Shown piece by piece: positions 1 through 12,823 of a DNA stretch of 64,000 nt; the stretch's first letter is position 1, and the number at the start of each line of letters is the position of its first letter. Origin of the DNA: Octopus vulgaris (taxonomy: Eukaryota). The stretch covers positions 49,042,001 through 49,106,000 of the forward strand of contig OX597814.1 in assembly GCA_951406725.2 (NCBI GenBank), in the 5' to 3' direction. A program made the position numbers and the translations under genes. The notes below the pieces were generated by a model. It did not search any database. It was not told the DNA's origin and saw only the letters and a list, made by a program, of their open reading frames with translations.

Positions 1-844
1 ATGCTGACTGCTTTGAAATAATCATATAAGGTTTGGATTTCAATGATAGATACCTTTAAACTCCACTTATTCTGGACTAAGTAGAAGAAAGATATTATAA
101 CAAAGTGTTATATACAATCTCTCCATACCAGAATTGCCTAACTATAACCTGAACCAGCCCTACAATAGTAATACCATACCAAAGTTGATGATCTGCATCC
201 TACCAAGTAGACTATCATCAACAATTTACTAACACAACTATCAGGTGAACTGTTATATCTATAAATGCTAATCCAATCCCTTAAACAGTACAACATTATT
301 TCTACTTAGGACAAAGTAGAACATTCATCTCAGTTTTAAGTAAACTAATTGAGGATAAATTAAATCTTGTCTTTAAAGAGGATGACCAATTTTCTTCATG
401 TAGTTTTAGCTAAGGTGTGACTGTAATGTTTCCAAACAAGTTCATCTAGGAACTTTGTAAATGAACAACTTGTGAAGAAAGCATACTAGATTCAAACAGA
501 GTGAGCAAAATTTCTGAATTGTGGTATATGGAGGCATAATCTGTTGGAATAGAGTTACAAATGATTTTATATCTTACTTTTCTCAAATTTGTTTAAAATA
601 AATATAGTACCTAACACCTGGCTTAAACTATACAAGCATGAAGATAAAAAAGATGAAATTTCATATATTTGAGGCCCAGAAAACAAAATGGCTACTATCA
701 TGAATCAAAACTGGGTTAGAATTAGTTTTCTTGGAATTTATCTGTAATCTACAGTACTTGCCAAAAACAAGCATCTGTAATCTACAGTGCTATCCCAGAT
801 GTTAATGATATTGGAAATAATGCTGATAAGTAAAAGATACTTAC

Positions 845-1701
845 TTTTGTTGTGGAATGGTAGGTATGGACACTACAGGTAGAGCATTTCTTTTCTCAGC
901 TAAAATCTTCCGAGCTTTTCTCATTTTAATACGCGATTTAGCTTTCGCATGCTTGGCAGTAGGTGATTTTTCATCGTTTTCATCACTTAACATAGGTGTA
1001 CATTCCGAGTCGGCAGGTGTATGCACGTCACAATAAGATGTCTTGCGCACCCCAAGCGCAGCAGTGTTTACTACATCACGTACAGGTTCAATTTTCATAT
1101 ATAAGCCTGCTTGTTGGGCACAAGTCACATGGAAGGCAGTATAACAATTGGTTTTATGACACTGAATGCATGCCCCTGTTCCGCGCTGTCGGCAAATGTA
1201 ACAAGTAAGTTTCCATCTGGCAGGTGGAATATGGTCTATACTATCTATAGGTTCTAAGAATACAGTATTAGCAAATCCAACTTCAGGTATCCAGAGAGCA
1301 CATACAACATGAGCCCACCTACCATCATCAGTTTGTTTAAAAGCACCACCCTTGTTTGGACAGAGACAGCAATCTACTGCTCTAGAAGGTGATTGAAGAC
1401 AACGCCTGCAGAGCCACTGGCCCTCAGGAATATACGGTACACCATAACATTCCTGGTGAACAGCAAGGTTACACATATCACAAAACAAAATGTAATTACT
1501 GTTCTGGCACTCCCCATCCATACAAATTGAACAGACTGCGTCTTCATCAATAGACGGATTGTTATCCTTCCCAGAACTCTGACTCTGAAAGAAAGCTTCT
1601 TTCTCAAATCGATCCATCAAAATTTCAAATACTTCTTGAGTAATTATCTGAAGACTATCATTCCGTCTTTTCTCGTTAATAATTTCTAGCCAAGCATGAT
1701 C
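845..1701 (-). CDS. BRPF1: BRPF1/peregrin coding exon: end of EPC-like region plus PZP module (PHD1, Zn-knuckle, PHD2); gene continues off the left edge
   Basis: Translation [13 protein letters not shown]...[55 protein letters not shown]...[13 protein letters not shown]...[21 protein letters not shown] matches the BRPF PZP domain. Acceptor ttttag|GAT at 1702/1701 and donor AA|gtaagt at 845/844. Phase-0 join with the upstream exon gives EYDMDEE|DHAWL. Confidence 0.96.
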
Positions 1702-2310
1702 CTAAAATGTCAAAAGAAAAAAAAAAATTCAGAAAATGGATGCTAATATAAAACATCTTCATTTCATTACAAGTTTAAAAGAAACAAACAATAAAAACAA
1801 TAAAAATAATATTTCGAGATGAAACTTACATCCAGAATAAACAATGAAGAGAGTATAAATGAAGCAGTTAGGGTCATACTCTGATTCCACTAGTGATAGT
1901 TTAAGGTTCAACAACCAGATTCTTTTGTTGCAATTGATGGCTAAAACAGTTTTTAACTTTCAAGTTACTACAAACATCACTTGCAAGCAAGTATGGCTTT
2001 GTAGCATGTACTATGCCTTTGCTAATTGTTGTAGATGCAAGCAAACACAGACATCCTCTCAGCTTTCCAACTCATGATGCAGTGGTACACCAGATTATAA
2101 CTGCTCAATGGAGAGAGAGCTGCGTTAGCACTAACCTGGTACTTTTTATTAGTCCTGAAGGACAAAAAATAATGTGGGTCTCAGTGGAATGTAAACTTAG
2201 AGCACAGAGAGATGGAACAAATATTGCAACATATTCCATCTGACACTCTAATGACTCTGCCAACAGACCAACTTAAACTTTCAACCAAAACAAATAAAAA
2301 AACAACAAAT

Positions 2311-2537
2311 TTTTATATCCTTCTGTTGGATATATAATATAACAAAGCAGGGTGGGGGGAAGAAAGTATTTACATGATGCACTACTATTACTATTACACA
2401 AGACTCAAAGCTCTATATCAATGGCTCACAACAAACTGCTTACCAACTCGAACTGCTGACGACTTGACAGATGTCTATTTAATAGAAATGTCTCAGTCCC
2501 CTTTAAGTCATATGGGGATGGTCAGAATCCTTCCACA
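2311..2537 (-). repeat. Gypsy 3' LTR, preceded by a polypurine tract
   Basis: Aligns with 9185-9644 once the SINE insert is removed. On the minus strand the PPT AAAAAGGGGAGA (2549-2538) abuts TGTGGAAGG. Confidence 0.9.
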
Positions 2538-4518
2538 TCTCCCCTTTTTAGAATCAGTCTCCCCTATCTTCTCCTCTTTTGAGAATTGAACTCCGCTCAG
2601 AATTTTAATAATTCTTACACTTAGGGTTCAATTATAGTGTTTCTGTTCTTTTCCATTTTCTGGTACTAGAACATATAGTTACAAATTGTTTGGATGTTGG
2701 TACCTCAAACGTGTTGTACAATACTTCCATGGGGATTTCACTTCTCATGACTATTTTTTCCGTGAATCTTTTGTTAAACTGGTTAATGTGTCCTTAATGT
2801 TCAACATTTTTTCCTTTTACCAAGAATAGCATTCTTCCAATTTGTTTAATAATTACACCATCCTCCCAGCTTTCTTTACCATATCTATAGGTTTAAAAAA
2901 AACTTTGTCACTTAACTTGAAAAATTTTGAAGTATTTTTGTTGTTCACATTTTTAAAAATTTCACTCAGTATTTGCTTGTTAAAGATGGATCTGACTTTT
3001 CTAGCAAACATTAGTTCTGCAGGTGACATTCGACAGTGTATTAGGATCAGGTTTTATTTGGTACACTCTAAGAAATTATTGAGGTGCAATATCGTCCATA
3101 ACTTCATGGTTCGCTTTTATCAACGCCTTCTTGAAAATGTCAACAAAATGCTCTGCTTATCCATTTGACTTATGATGATACGGCAGAGTGGTCACATGTT
3201 CAATAACGAACATTTTACAAAATTTTCTCAACTCGTCAAACATAAATTGAGTTTCATTATCAAACACAGTGGTATCCAGAATACCATACCTGATGAGCAA
3301 TTTGTGTAAAAATACTTATTGCAACTGCAGATGATGGCTTTTTAAATTTATGTACTTCCAGCCACTTTGAAAAACTGTCTACTACAACAAGGTAATATGA
3401 ACTCTTAAGTGGACTTGCATAAGCAACATGCAATATGGCCCATGGAACATGTGTTTTTGGCCATGGTTGCCATTTAGTCATAGGCGCTTTTGCAGCTAAG
3501 GCACATGCTCTGCATGCTTTCACTGATTCTTCAATGTCACAGGCCATTGTTGGCCAATATACATAACTTCTCATTAACGATTTCATTCTCGAAATTCTTG
3601 AGTGACCAATTTGAAATTTCTTTAGTAATAGCTTCTGTAGTGTGACTGGCACTACAACTCTTTGTGCAATTATCAACCCATTGTTACTCAGTGAGAAATG
3701 GTTTGCATTTGTGTTGCACATATTTTTATCTCTTTTAGCCTTCAGTATTTTTTTTTTCATTTTTATAATGAAATTATCATTTTCCATTTTAATTTTCTCA
3801 TGTAAAGTAACCTACAGTTCACAAATGATGATACACAAAACATTTTCAATTTCATTTTTCACTCAGCAAAGCAGCAATCATGATATCTTGAAATGGTTCT
3901 GCATTTTTTTAAAATCAGTCTTGATAGACAATCCACACAACCTAAATTCTTGGATGGTATATACTCCATTGTGAAATCATAGCTTAATAATATCATATCC
4001 CAGCATTGCAACCTATTAGAAGTATGGGTAGGAATTCCTTTCATTAACTCAAATATTGTTAATAATGGACGATCTGTCTGTAGATGAAAACTTTTACCAT
4101 GCAAAAATTTGTGAAATTTCTTCATGGCAAAAATAATCACTAGAGCTTTTTTCGATTTGACTGTAATTTCTCTCTGTTGATCTCAGAATATGAAGCATGA
4201 ATCACCGCCTTCATACTACCATCTTTATATTTCGGTAGCATCACAGTTCCTATACTGTATTCAGAGGCATCTGAAGCTATAAAAATCTCCACTGCAAGAT
4301 CGAAGTGTGCTAATGACAAACCAGATGTTAGTATTTTTTTTATTTCATCAAACGCCTTTTGGCAATTTTCTGACCAACTCCATTTCATATCTTTTTCAGC
4401 AGATTATTCAGAGGAACTCTCACTTTAGGCATATGTGGAACATAATTTTGGTAACATTTTGCCAATCCTAAAAATGCTTGTATAGTCATTATATTTGTCG
4501 GAGGAGGCATATTTTTAA

Positions 4519-7133
4519 TCCTTTTGATACCAACCCAACCATAGCCAGGTGAAAATTGTTTTCGGTAAAATGACCAACCCAGCCCAGAGAACCCATTGTT
4601 ATTTAAATGTGAATTTCAGCACAAATCTCATTAGTACATTTGTGAAAACACAATTTCACTTTGTAAATAATTGAGTTATAATATCCGACATTGTTTGTTT
4701 GACATGGTATCTGAACTCTGTGAATTTTGGGAGATCTTTTTCCACATTTTTTCTTCAGCGATTTTTTTTAACTTTTAAAATGGATAGGAGTTTCATGCTA
4801 TCAAGCAGTGATTCTGAATTTGAGGGATTTTCAGTGGAAGATATGGAGAAATCGAGCAAAAGTATGAGTGAACTACAAAAGCATGTGGTGTATGAGAATG
4901 AATCGGATATTTATGTATTTGAAACTGAAAACAGCGAGGACAGTTTTACACTTGAATGTAGTAATAAGCTAAAAAATACTCAAACAATTTTTTCTGAGGA
5001 GACTGGATCTACTCATAGTCTTTCTCAGGAACCGAAACAGTTAGACTTTTTTTATAATTTTTTTCCATTAAGCTTGTTAGAAGCCATCACTGCAGAAACA
5101 AACCGTTACACAGAATGTAAACAAATTGGAAAAAAAGATAGCTTGTGGTTTCCCACAAGTGTAGAAGAAATATGGGTATTTCTTTGCCATAAATATTATT
5201 GTGGTATAAGACAATTACCCAGAATTGCAAATTACTAGAGCATTCAGGAACCTTTTGACGATCAGTACATTTCCAGTGTTATGTCAAGGACACGATTTAT
5301 GAAATTGAACCAGTATTTACATGTGAGAGACACTAGCAGTACTCAGTACGTGGGGAACCAAACTTTGATCCCTTATTTAAAATAAAACCCCTCATCAACT
5401 GCATTCAAAATGCATATAAAACACTCTACAACCTGGATAGATACCTATCCGTCGATGAGGGCATGGTGGGATATAAAGGAAGGGTATGCTTCCAACAATA
5501 TATGCCAGGAAAGCCCACGAAATGGGGGGATCAAAGTTTAGAAAATTTGCGATGCAAATACTGGGTACCACTGTGTGTTTAGTTTTTATACTGTAGAAAC
5601 TCTGCCAGATCAGATTGGATCCTGGGGCAGCCATCTGGTTCGCCAGTCCTCAGACAAATCGTCCAACCCATGGAAAGCAGATGTTAAACGATGATGATGA
5701 TGATGATGAAAAGAGACAATGATATTAGTCAGCATGTGGTCTGGAATTTATCACTTCCATACCATAACCAGAGCCATATAATATTTTTTGACCAATTTTT
5801 TTAGTTCGGTCAAACTTGTGGTGGATTTAGAAGCTGTGACAACATACATGTGTTCTACAGTAACTGCTAGTAGAAAAGGACTGTCATTGGATATAAAAAA
5901 AGCAAAAATTAAAAAAAGAGGTGAAATAATCCAACAGCAGTAAGGAAAACTACTAGCTACCACATACAGAGACAAGAAGGAGATAAAATTTCTATCAACC
6001 AGTGCACAACTATGTGTGGATGAAAATGGCACCCCATTTGTGAACCTCAATTATAACACGTACAGGGATGGTGAAGATCGGCTGAACCAAATGATTGAGT
6101 TATTATCTGGTTGGTAGACCAGGTAACAAATGGTGGCAATACCTGGTTGGTATAAAGTAAACATGAGCACTGTAAATGCATTTATATTATATACCAAATC
6201 AGGAGGGGCTCAAAAGTGGTGCAACCACCTGCAGTTCCAAGTAGATGTAGCAACGCAGTTGAGGGCAGGTTATTCCTTCAAAAAAGGTAACTGTAGGAAG
6301 GAAAAGCAAAACCTGCCAGAGAGACATTCCTCTGAGTTCAGCCGATCTCCATAAATTAGAAAAAAAAATCAAGGGTCACAAAAGCAATGCTGTGAATGCC
6401 TACATCAACAAAGAAAAACTCCCAATGGACGGCCAGATGAAACTTCTTTCCAATGTGCATTCTGTAAGGATGCAATATGTAGAGTGGGATGTTTTACAAA
6501 TTTCCATGACAGAAATATTGTGTGAATATTGTATGATTAGATTGTATAAATATTTTTCAAGCTTACTTCATTTTTACTTTTTATTTACCTGTAATTTTAA
6601 TTTGTCTGTAAGGTCAGTGACAAGTTTTGATTTAATTTCTATTGTAAATCTTTATTATATATGTTCTTATGTATTCATGTATGTGTGTAAGTTTATTTCA
6701 TTTAGTTGGTGTATTTAATTTTCTAGTTTTCTTCAAAAACAAATTCCAGGGCTTCATTTTATTTTACCTTTACCTGTTCTTATGTGCATTAAATTCAACT
6801 GATAATCTAGTGATATGCACGATTTTTCTATATTAAAATTTTGCTGTATAGCTCATTGAATATTAGCTGATGTCTCATTTTCTATGGTGATGTTTAAGCA
6901 AAATTTAAATATTTTAAAATTTTGCTGTATTTACCTCTAATTAGAGTCACTTTGAGACAAAAGTTATACAATAGAATTGATTAAGAACCCTTTCTTCAAT
7001 TGTGTTCCAGCAATCAAATTAATATGTTGATAAGTAAAAAGTTACTGTAACTAATCTAAATTCATAATTATTTTAGAATCTAATTGAAACTCATGAGGGG
7101 TGTATTTTGGTTAGAAATACAGTAACGAAAGGG
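4519..7133 (+). mobile_element. Decayed piggyBac DNA transposon (PGBD-like transposase pseudogene) inserted in the Gypsy RT/RNaseH junction
   Basis: TTAA TSDs at 4515-4518 and 7134-7137. TIRs TCCTTTTGATAC / GTAACGAAAGGG. Transposase remnants SDSEFEGFS, VDEGMV, FQQYMPGKPTKWG and a C-terminal Cys-rich CCEC...QCAFCKDAICRVGCF (~6385-6510). Removing it restores the Gypsy frame ...NTVKNMPPPTN. Confidence 0.92.
5591..5709 (+). mobile_element. 5'-truncated RTE-type retroposon 3' tail inserted in the piggyBac
   Basis: GTCCAACCCATGGAAAGCAGATGTTAAACG(ATG)n tail, the same motif as the RTE LINE 3' ends elsewhere in the window. Confidence 0.85.
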
Positions 7134-9184
7134 TTAACTGTGTTTACCCCGGACAGGTCTATTCAACATCCATTTCTGTCAACAATCTGTCCTAAATATC
7201 TTATTTTTGGTAAGAAAAATTCACACTTTTTCTTCACTCAAAGTAAAGCTGTAATCCCTAATTTTTTCAAACACATGTTTCACATGCTCTATGTGTTGAT
7301 CCCTAGATTCACTTTTAATGAGTATATCATCAAGATATGGAATTGCGAATTCACAGTCCGCTAATAATGCATCCATAATCTGTTGAGAAATCACTGGTGT
7401 GACTTTTAAGCCAAATGGTAACCTGATGTATTTATACAGTTCTTTACGTGTGTTAATTCTAAGTACACATCAGAGAGATCCAATTTAGAAAATATCTTGC
7501 CACCATTTAATTTTGCAAAAATATCCCCCAGAGTAGGTAGCAAATGTTTGAAGACATTCATTTAAACCAGTGGAAAAATCAGCACACACACTGATTTTAT
7601 TATTCTTTTTCTTAACGTACACAGTTGGTGATGCTCATTGACTACATTCCACTTCTTGGATAACTCCAATTTTTTCTAGTCTCTCTAGCTCTAAGTTTAT
7701 CTGTTCTAACACTGCAAACGGTACAGTTCATTTTTGTTTAAATAATTGTATGGCGCTTTCTTTTTCTTTTCTTTGAAACCATGCCTTCGTTTTGGTACAC
7801 AGACCTAATTTATCAGACAGAACTTTAGGAAAAATATTTAAAAAATTTCCTTTTTCAATTATTTGTACTAGAGGGAATTATTTCAATTATTTGTACTGGA
7901 GGGAAAAGCATTCACATTTTTACAGAAAAGATTTATGGAGAAGTCCCATAAGTTAAATAATTCCATCCAGTCCATACTGAATAAATTTGTGGTATTATAT
8001 AACACAAAAACTTTGGCTTATTAGGGTTTTTCATGAAGTGTAATGTTACTTATCAATTTGCCCTTAAAATATATTATTCTTTTTTTTTCCCAGAAACACC
8101 ACAGGCAATTTTATTTAATTGAGGACTCCCAATTTTTTTCCAGATATCTGTGTTAATTATTGAGATGTCACTGCCTGTATCCAATTGTAACTTGACATTT
8201 GTGTTATTCATTTTTTTTGAGGCTCATTCATATTTTTTATCACCAACAACCCATTTACATGATTTTTTCTGCTGAACCGTTGTTTTTTAGTTTTTGTCCT
8301 ACAGTGCGACTTTTTATGGCCTATTTTACCACACTTGAAGCATTTCATATTTTTAAATAGACAGTTATTTTTAAAATGTACACTACTGCACCCATAACAT
8401 GGATTCAGTCTTAACATTTTTTTCTCGTGCTTCTTATTCATTACCAGTCGACATGCTTGAACCTGAGAGCAATCTTTCTCTTCAATTTTATTTGTGTCAT
8501 GTCTTAGATTAATAATCCTCTGACATTCTTCTGCTACTACCTGCAGAGTTAAATTTTGATAATATCTACGGACATATATTTGCATCTTTGCTTGCTGTAA
8601 GCCCTTGAACATAGATTAAACACTTGAACATGTCCGAGGGCAACTCATTTAATCTGAATTTCTTACACTCTCTGTTAACCACTCCAGTAGATGAAGAAAT
8701 CTTCATCAGCTTTTTTGACTAAATTTAAACATTGCCAACAAATACTGAAAAGGGAACTTCTTTCACTAAAAATTTTCAGTAAAATATTGTTTCATTGCAA
8801 CAAATCTCACCTGGTTTCTTCTTACTATATTTTACGTGTGTTTGGCAGGGAATAACTTTCTTAAAAGTAGTTGTATTTTTTTTCGGCGGATCAACTTTTA
8901 TACTCTTCTTTGAAGATTTCTTTGTAACTTTGAAAATATGCAAAGAAAGTAATCCCTTCTAGATTATAGCTGAATTCTTCAATTGAATTTGCTACGCTGT
9001 CTGGAGAGTACAAACCTGAGGTATTTTCAGACTTCTTCAACATTAATTCCAGCAACTGTTGGTGTTGTTGCAACTGCACCATGGGGGCCAATAAGTTCTC
9101 CATGTTAAATGATTTTTTTTCTTTTGTTTCATACCAAAAAAAAAATTAAACATCCAATGCATGCTTCGAACAACTCATTACCAC

Positions 9185-9644
9185 TTTTATTTCCTTGTAT
9201 TGGCTATATAATATAACGAAGCAGGAGGGAAAAAAATTATTTGTACAACACAATCCTATTACTATTACATGAGACTCAATGCTCTATATCAATGGCTCAC
9301 AACGAACTGCTGACAACTTGACAGTTGTCTAATGTTCCTTCTCGAGCCATGCCAGGCTCATAAGGACCAGTTTCCTGGCTTCAGTGGTGTAGAAATTCCC
9401 CACCTGGACAGGACGCCAGTCCGTCACAGGATTACTCATTTTTGCCAGCTGAGTGGACAGGAGCAAGGTGAAATGAAGTGTTTTGTGCAAGAACACAACG
9501 CATCGCCCAATCCAGGAATCGAAACCACAACCTTACGATCATGAGTTAAACACCTTAACCACTAAGCCATGCGCCTCCAAGTTGTCTAATAGAGATGTCT
9601 CAGTCCACTTTAAGTCACATGGGGATGGTTGGAATCCTTCCACA
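9185..9644 (-). repeat. Gypsy 5' LTR (contains a SINE insertion), followed by a degenerate PBS
   Basis: Begins TGTGGAAGG on the minus strand. Followed by TGGTAATGAG (9183-9174), a likely CpG-decayed TGGCGACGAG-type PBS. Confidence 0.88.
9334..9579 (-). mobile_element. tRNA-derived SINE inserted in the Gypsy 5' LTR
   Basis: Minus-strand head GGAGGCGCATGGCTTAGTGGTTAAGG...GGTTTCGATTCC (A/B boxes). Perfect 11-bp TSD AGTTGTCTAAT at 9323-9333 and 9580-9590. Confidence 0.9.
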
Positions 9645-10914
9645 ACACAAATATTTAAGCAAAAACAGCTAGTCTCATAGAAGAGATGATGCAGTACCAA
9701 GACACATGAAAAGACATTACATTATAATCCTAGCTAGTGTTGACTTAAGGTACTTTTCCAGCAAAAACGTCTTGTAAACAGGCCCATATGGCAAATTTGC
9801 ATCAAAGAGCTTGTGACCAATTCTTAATAAATCAGATCTTTAAGTATGTAGCAGTCTTTCATTCATTTCAACAACAGTACAAGCACAACTGGTTACTTAA
9901 GAAGTTTACTTCACAACTACATAGTTCCAGATTTGATACCACTGCATGATACTTTGCTCAAGAGTCTTCTGCATTAGCCCTGGGACAACTAAAACTTTCT
10001 TGAGAGAAATTTGGTAGATGGTTCCTGTATGGAAGTCCATTGGAAGGACCATTCTTTTTCTAGAATAGTAGACTTAAGACATCACTTGGTTTAATACTAC
10101 TATTTGGCCCTTATAAGTTCAGGTCTCAAGTCAGAAAATAACCTCTTCCCTTTTTCTCACCAATTTCAGAGGCCCTGGACAGGGTCTTGGCTGCTGCCCT
10201 TCTTTCAATAACCATTAAAGATTTTTTTTATAAATAAATGCTTAAACTGGTCAAACCAATCTGGTTGAGTATCAGATCTAACTATTGTTGCTATACAATA
10301 GTGCTTTGAGCATGCAGACCAGATATATGTTTATATCCTAGCAGTTTAGGTTTCACAGAGCTAGGCTTGCTTCATAAGAAAAAGACTGGTATAAACATTC
10401 ACCGAATGACCCATCACTGTTGGTAAGGACGATGTTACATTTACATCCATGTATATATGTACAGTGTTTGAATACATAGGATCACTATATACAATATGTT
10501 TATAATCATAAACACAAAAACATAACAATGCTCAATACTTTCAGCTTCACAAGATTTTCCCACTTAACAATTACGATAAACTAGAACCAGCTGATTGCAT
10601 CCTTTTGAGATACTGTTTTTCCGTGAGGAGATGCTGCAAGAAAGACACATATGGCATGCTATTTCATAAACATCTGTTATATAAGCATTTATACAAAGAT
10701 ATATAACTGCTTCATACATAGATATATATAACTGTTTCACACATACATGCTACGTATTTTGATGCATTTTCCTGATATTAAGCTGGCATTCCAGTCGGAT
10801 CTAAGATCTATCGGTAGTGAATCAGCAACAGCATTGGAACTTCTTGAAAATTTTGAGTTCCTTGAGACTGTGTTAACAAAATCTGTTCTCTTCATACGAA
10901 TGTAAAAATAAATC

Positions 10915-11325
10915 ATTCATCATCATCACTGTTTAGGTCCACTTTTTCATGCCTGCATGAGTCAATCGGAATTTGTTGGGGCAGATTTTCTATGACCAAA
11001 TTCCCTTCCTGTTGCCAACCCACATGGCTTCCAAGCAAGGTAATATTTCATATTTCATGGAAGAGACTGGAAATGAAGAACATCACTTGTATGATGGTGA
11101 TGCACATTTACATGGACTCACACACATATGCATATATATATATGATTATTATACACATACGCAACAAGCTTCTTTCAGTTTCTGTCTATCAAATTCATTT
11201 GTATGGTTTTGGTTGGCCTGAGTTTATAATAGAAGACATTTGTTCAAGGTATCATGCAATGAGACTGAACCAGAGAGCTCATGTTTGGGAAAGCAAGCTT
11301 CTCAACCACACAGCCAAGCCTGCAC
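10915..11325 (-). mobile_element. Composite SINE: tRNA/CORE-like head plus RTE-type (GAT)n tail
   Basis: Head GCAGGCTTGGCTGTGTGGTTGAGAAGCTTGC on the minus strand. Tail catcatcat...tttttcatgcctgcatg on the plus strand. Confidence 0.75.
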
Positions 11326-12102
11326 TGTTGTAGTTAGTAATTTGTGTAGCTTATCCACTTTTGTATCTACATAAATGTCTAATATATTCTATTTCTTTCT
11401 ATTTGTCCACATCCATTGTAAATCTAGCATAACGCTGTATTCATGTAATTCTTCAATTGTAACATTCCATTTAATTTATATAAGCTACTTGTTATATCTA
11501 TGTACCTAGCTTATACTATTCAGGTTATTCTATATTTAACAACAATATTTTATTTCTACCAAAATATTTATAGCTATAAACTAACTATTATTTCTTCTTT
11601 TTATTCTGACCATCCATTAGTATTCAATCCTCTTACATGCTTTCAATACATAATGTAACATTCACATCTACAATTTGCCTCAATCATTATGCAATTTATA
11701 TGCAACCAAAATGATTGTTTCTTTAAATATATTTTGTATCTGTTTTCTCATATTAACAGTGTATTGCGTTTTGCGAATGAATTAGTAAGCAGGATACACC
11801 TATTCCTTGCCATTAACTCCTTAACGATAATAAAACTATTTTCAACACAACAGACTAAGATAAGCTGAGTTATGGATTTTTTACCTTGAAGCACAATATA
11901 ACACAACTAGGTTTAAACACAATATTTCAGTATCGCAACCTCGCAGCCAATGTGTCATTAATTATTTATGTTTATTAAACAAAACAAAATTAAATTACAT
12001 TCTTTTATGATTACCATTCAGACTTCTGCTTTTTTACATTCAAGACCAAAGTCAAAATTAAAACAGTTATATTCAAGGAAGTTATAAATAATATATTCTC
12101 AC

Positions 12103-12747
12103 CTCTTCATCCATATCATATTCTATTTCTTCATCCAATTCCTCTGACGATTTCTCAATGTATCGATAATAGGACAGAGGCCTAGGACGAACATTCGACG
12201 GTTTTACATAGTCTTCAACAACTTTGAATTGGGCTTCTGGTAATTTAATAGCAACATGTCCATTGCTCACCTCCTTTTTTAATTTTTGATTTTCAGGGTG
12301 TTTATTGTTATTCACCTTTTGGGGTGATTTTTCACCTTTTTCTTCCTTCTCAGCATTGCTCTGGTTGTCTATCTCATCCTGTGAGATAATTTCCAAAGGC
12401 TCATAAATATTGATGCGATGAACCTTTCCTTCTAAGTCCACTTCCACCAATCTCTGTGCATCAGCGTAAGATAGTGTGTCTCTGGATTGAGTCCGGAAAA
12501 ACTCAGGAGGTGTTGGCGACCTTCGATTAGCCCGATGGTGCCATTTATTCTTACGCTTTGCTTTCTTGTTGGAGTGAGTAGGAGGCACAACATTTTCTGG
12601 GTTTTCATGATCAAAATTATATAAATGAAATTGGATACCACAGAAACTTTTATAGACACGACCACAATCTTTCACTGGGCATTCATAAGGTGGTTTTGTG
12701 GCCTTTAAGTTTTGTACGTAAGTTTTCACATCAAAATCAAAAACCAT
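12103..12747 (-). CDS. BRPF1: BRPF1/peregrin first coding exon: N-terminal C2H2 zinc finger and start of EPC-like region
   Basis: MVFDFDVKTYVQNLKATKPPYECPVKDCGRVYKSFCGIQFHLYNFDH...LSYADAQRLVEVDLEGKVHRINI...YYRYIEKSSEELDEEIEYDMDEE. The N-terminal C2H2 finger is typical of BRPF1-type proteins. Length is 645 nt (phase 0), donor GAG|gtgaga at 12103/12102. Confidence 0.95.
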
Positions 12748-12823
12748 GTTTGTGTATCAGTCTCCATTTCATTAATAACGCAAATTCCTAACAATGGCAA
12801 ACATTGATCCAACTGGAAACAAC
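12748..12823 (-). other. 5' UTR portion of the first coding exon of BRPF1, containing three upstream ATGs
   Basis: Acceptor tttctattgcag|GTT at 12824/12823. uATGs at 12804, 12772 and 12767. Confidence 0.7.

Larger units (their letters stand above)
2311..9644 (-). mobile_element. Full-length decayed Ty3/Gypsy LTR retrotransposon in BRPF1 intron 2, interrupted by a piggyBac
   Basis: Two LTRs. Minus-strand order: gag (8891-9103), CCHC knuckle CFKCGKIGHKKSHC, protease LQLDTGSDIS (~8160-8190), RT YLDDIL (~7320-7340), RNase H (IASDASEYSIG; 3859-4388), integrase (GHSRISRMKSLMRSYVYWP..CRAC..LVVVDSFSKWLEV; 3260-3787). Many frameshifts and stops. Confidence 0.95.

Noticed and set aside
841-1620. ORF-track call as a standalone 259-aa gene
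   Set aside because: It is an internal BRPF1 exon (845-1701). The start and stop are artefacts of ignoring splicing.
2305-2310. Exact target-site duplication for the Gypsy element
   Set aside because: The best candidate, ACAAA versus ACACA (9645-9649), is only 4/5 and the LTR edge is eroded, so it is not claimed.
4699-5238. Possible domesticated PGBD gene
   Set aside because: The downstream transposase has multiple stops and frameshifts plus a retroposon insertion, and TIRs and TSDs are still present. It is a dead element.
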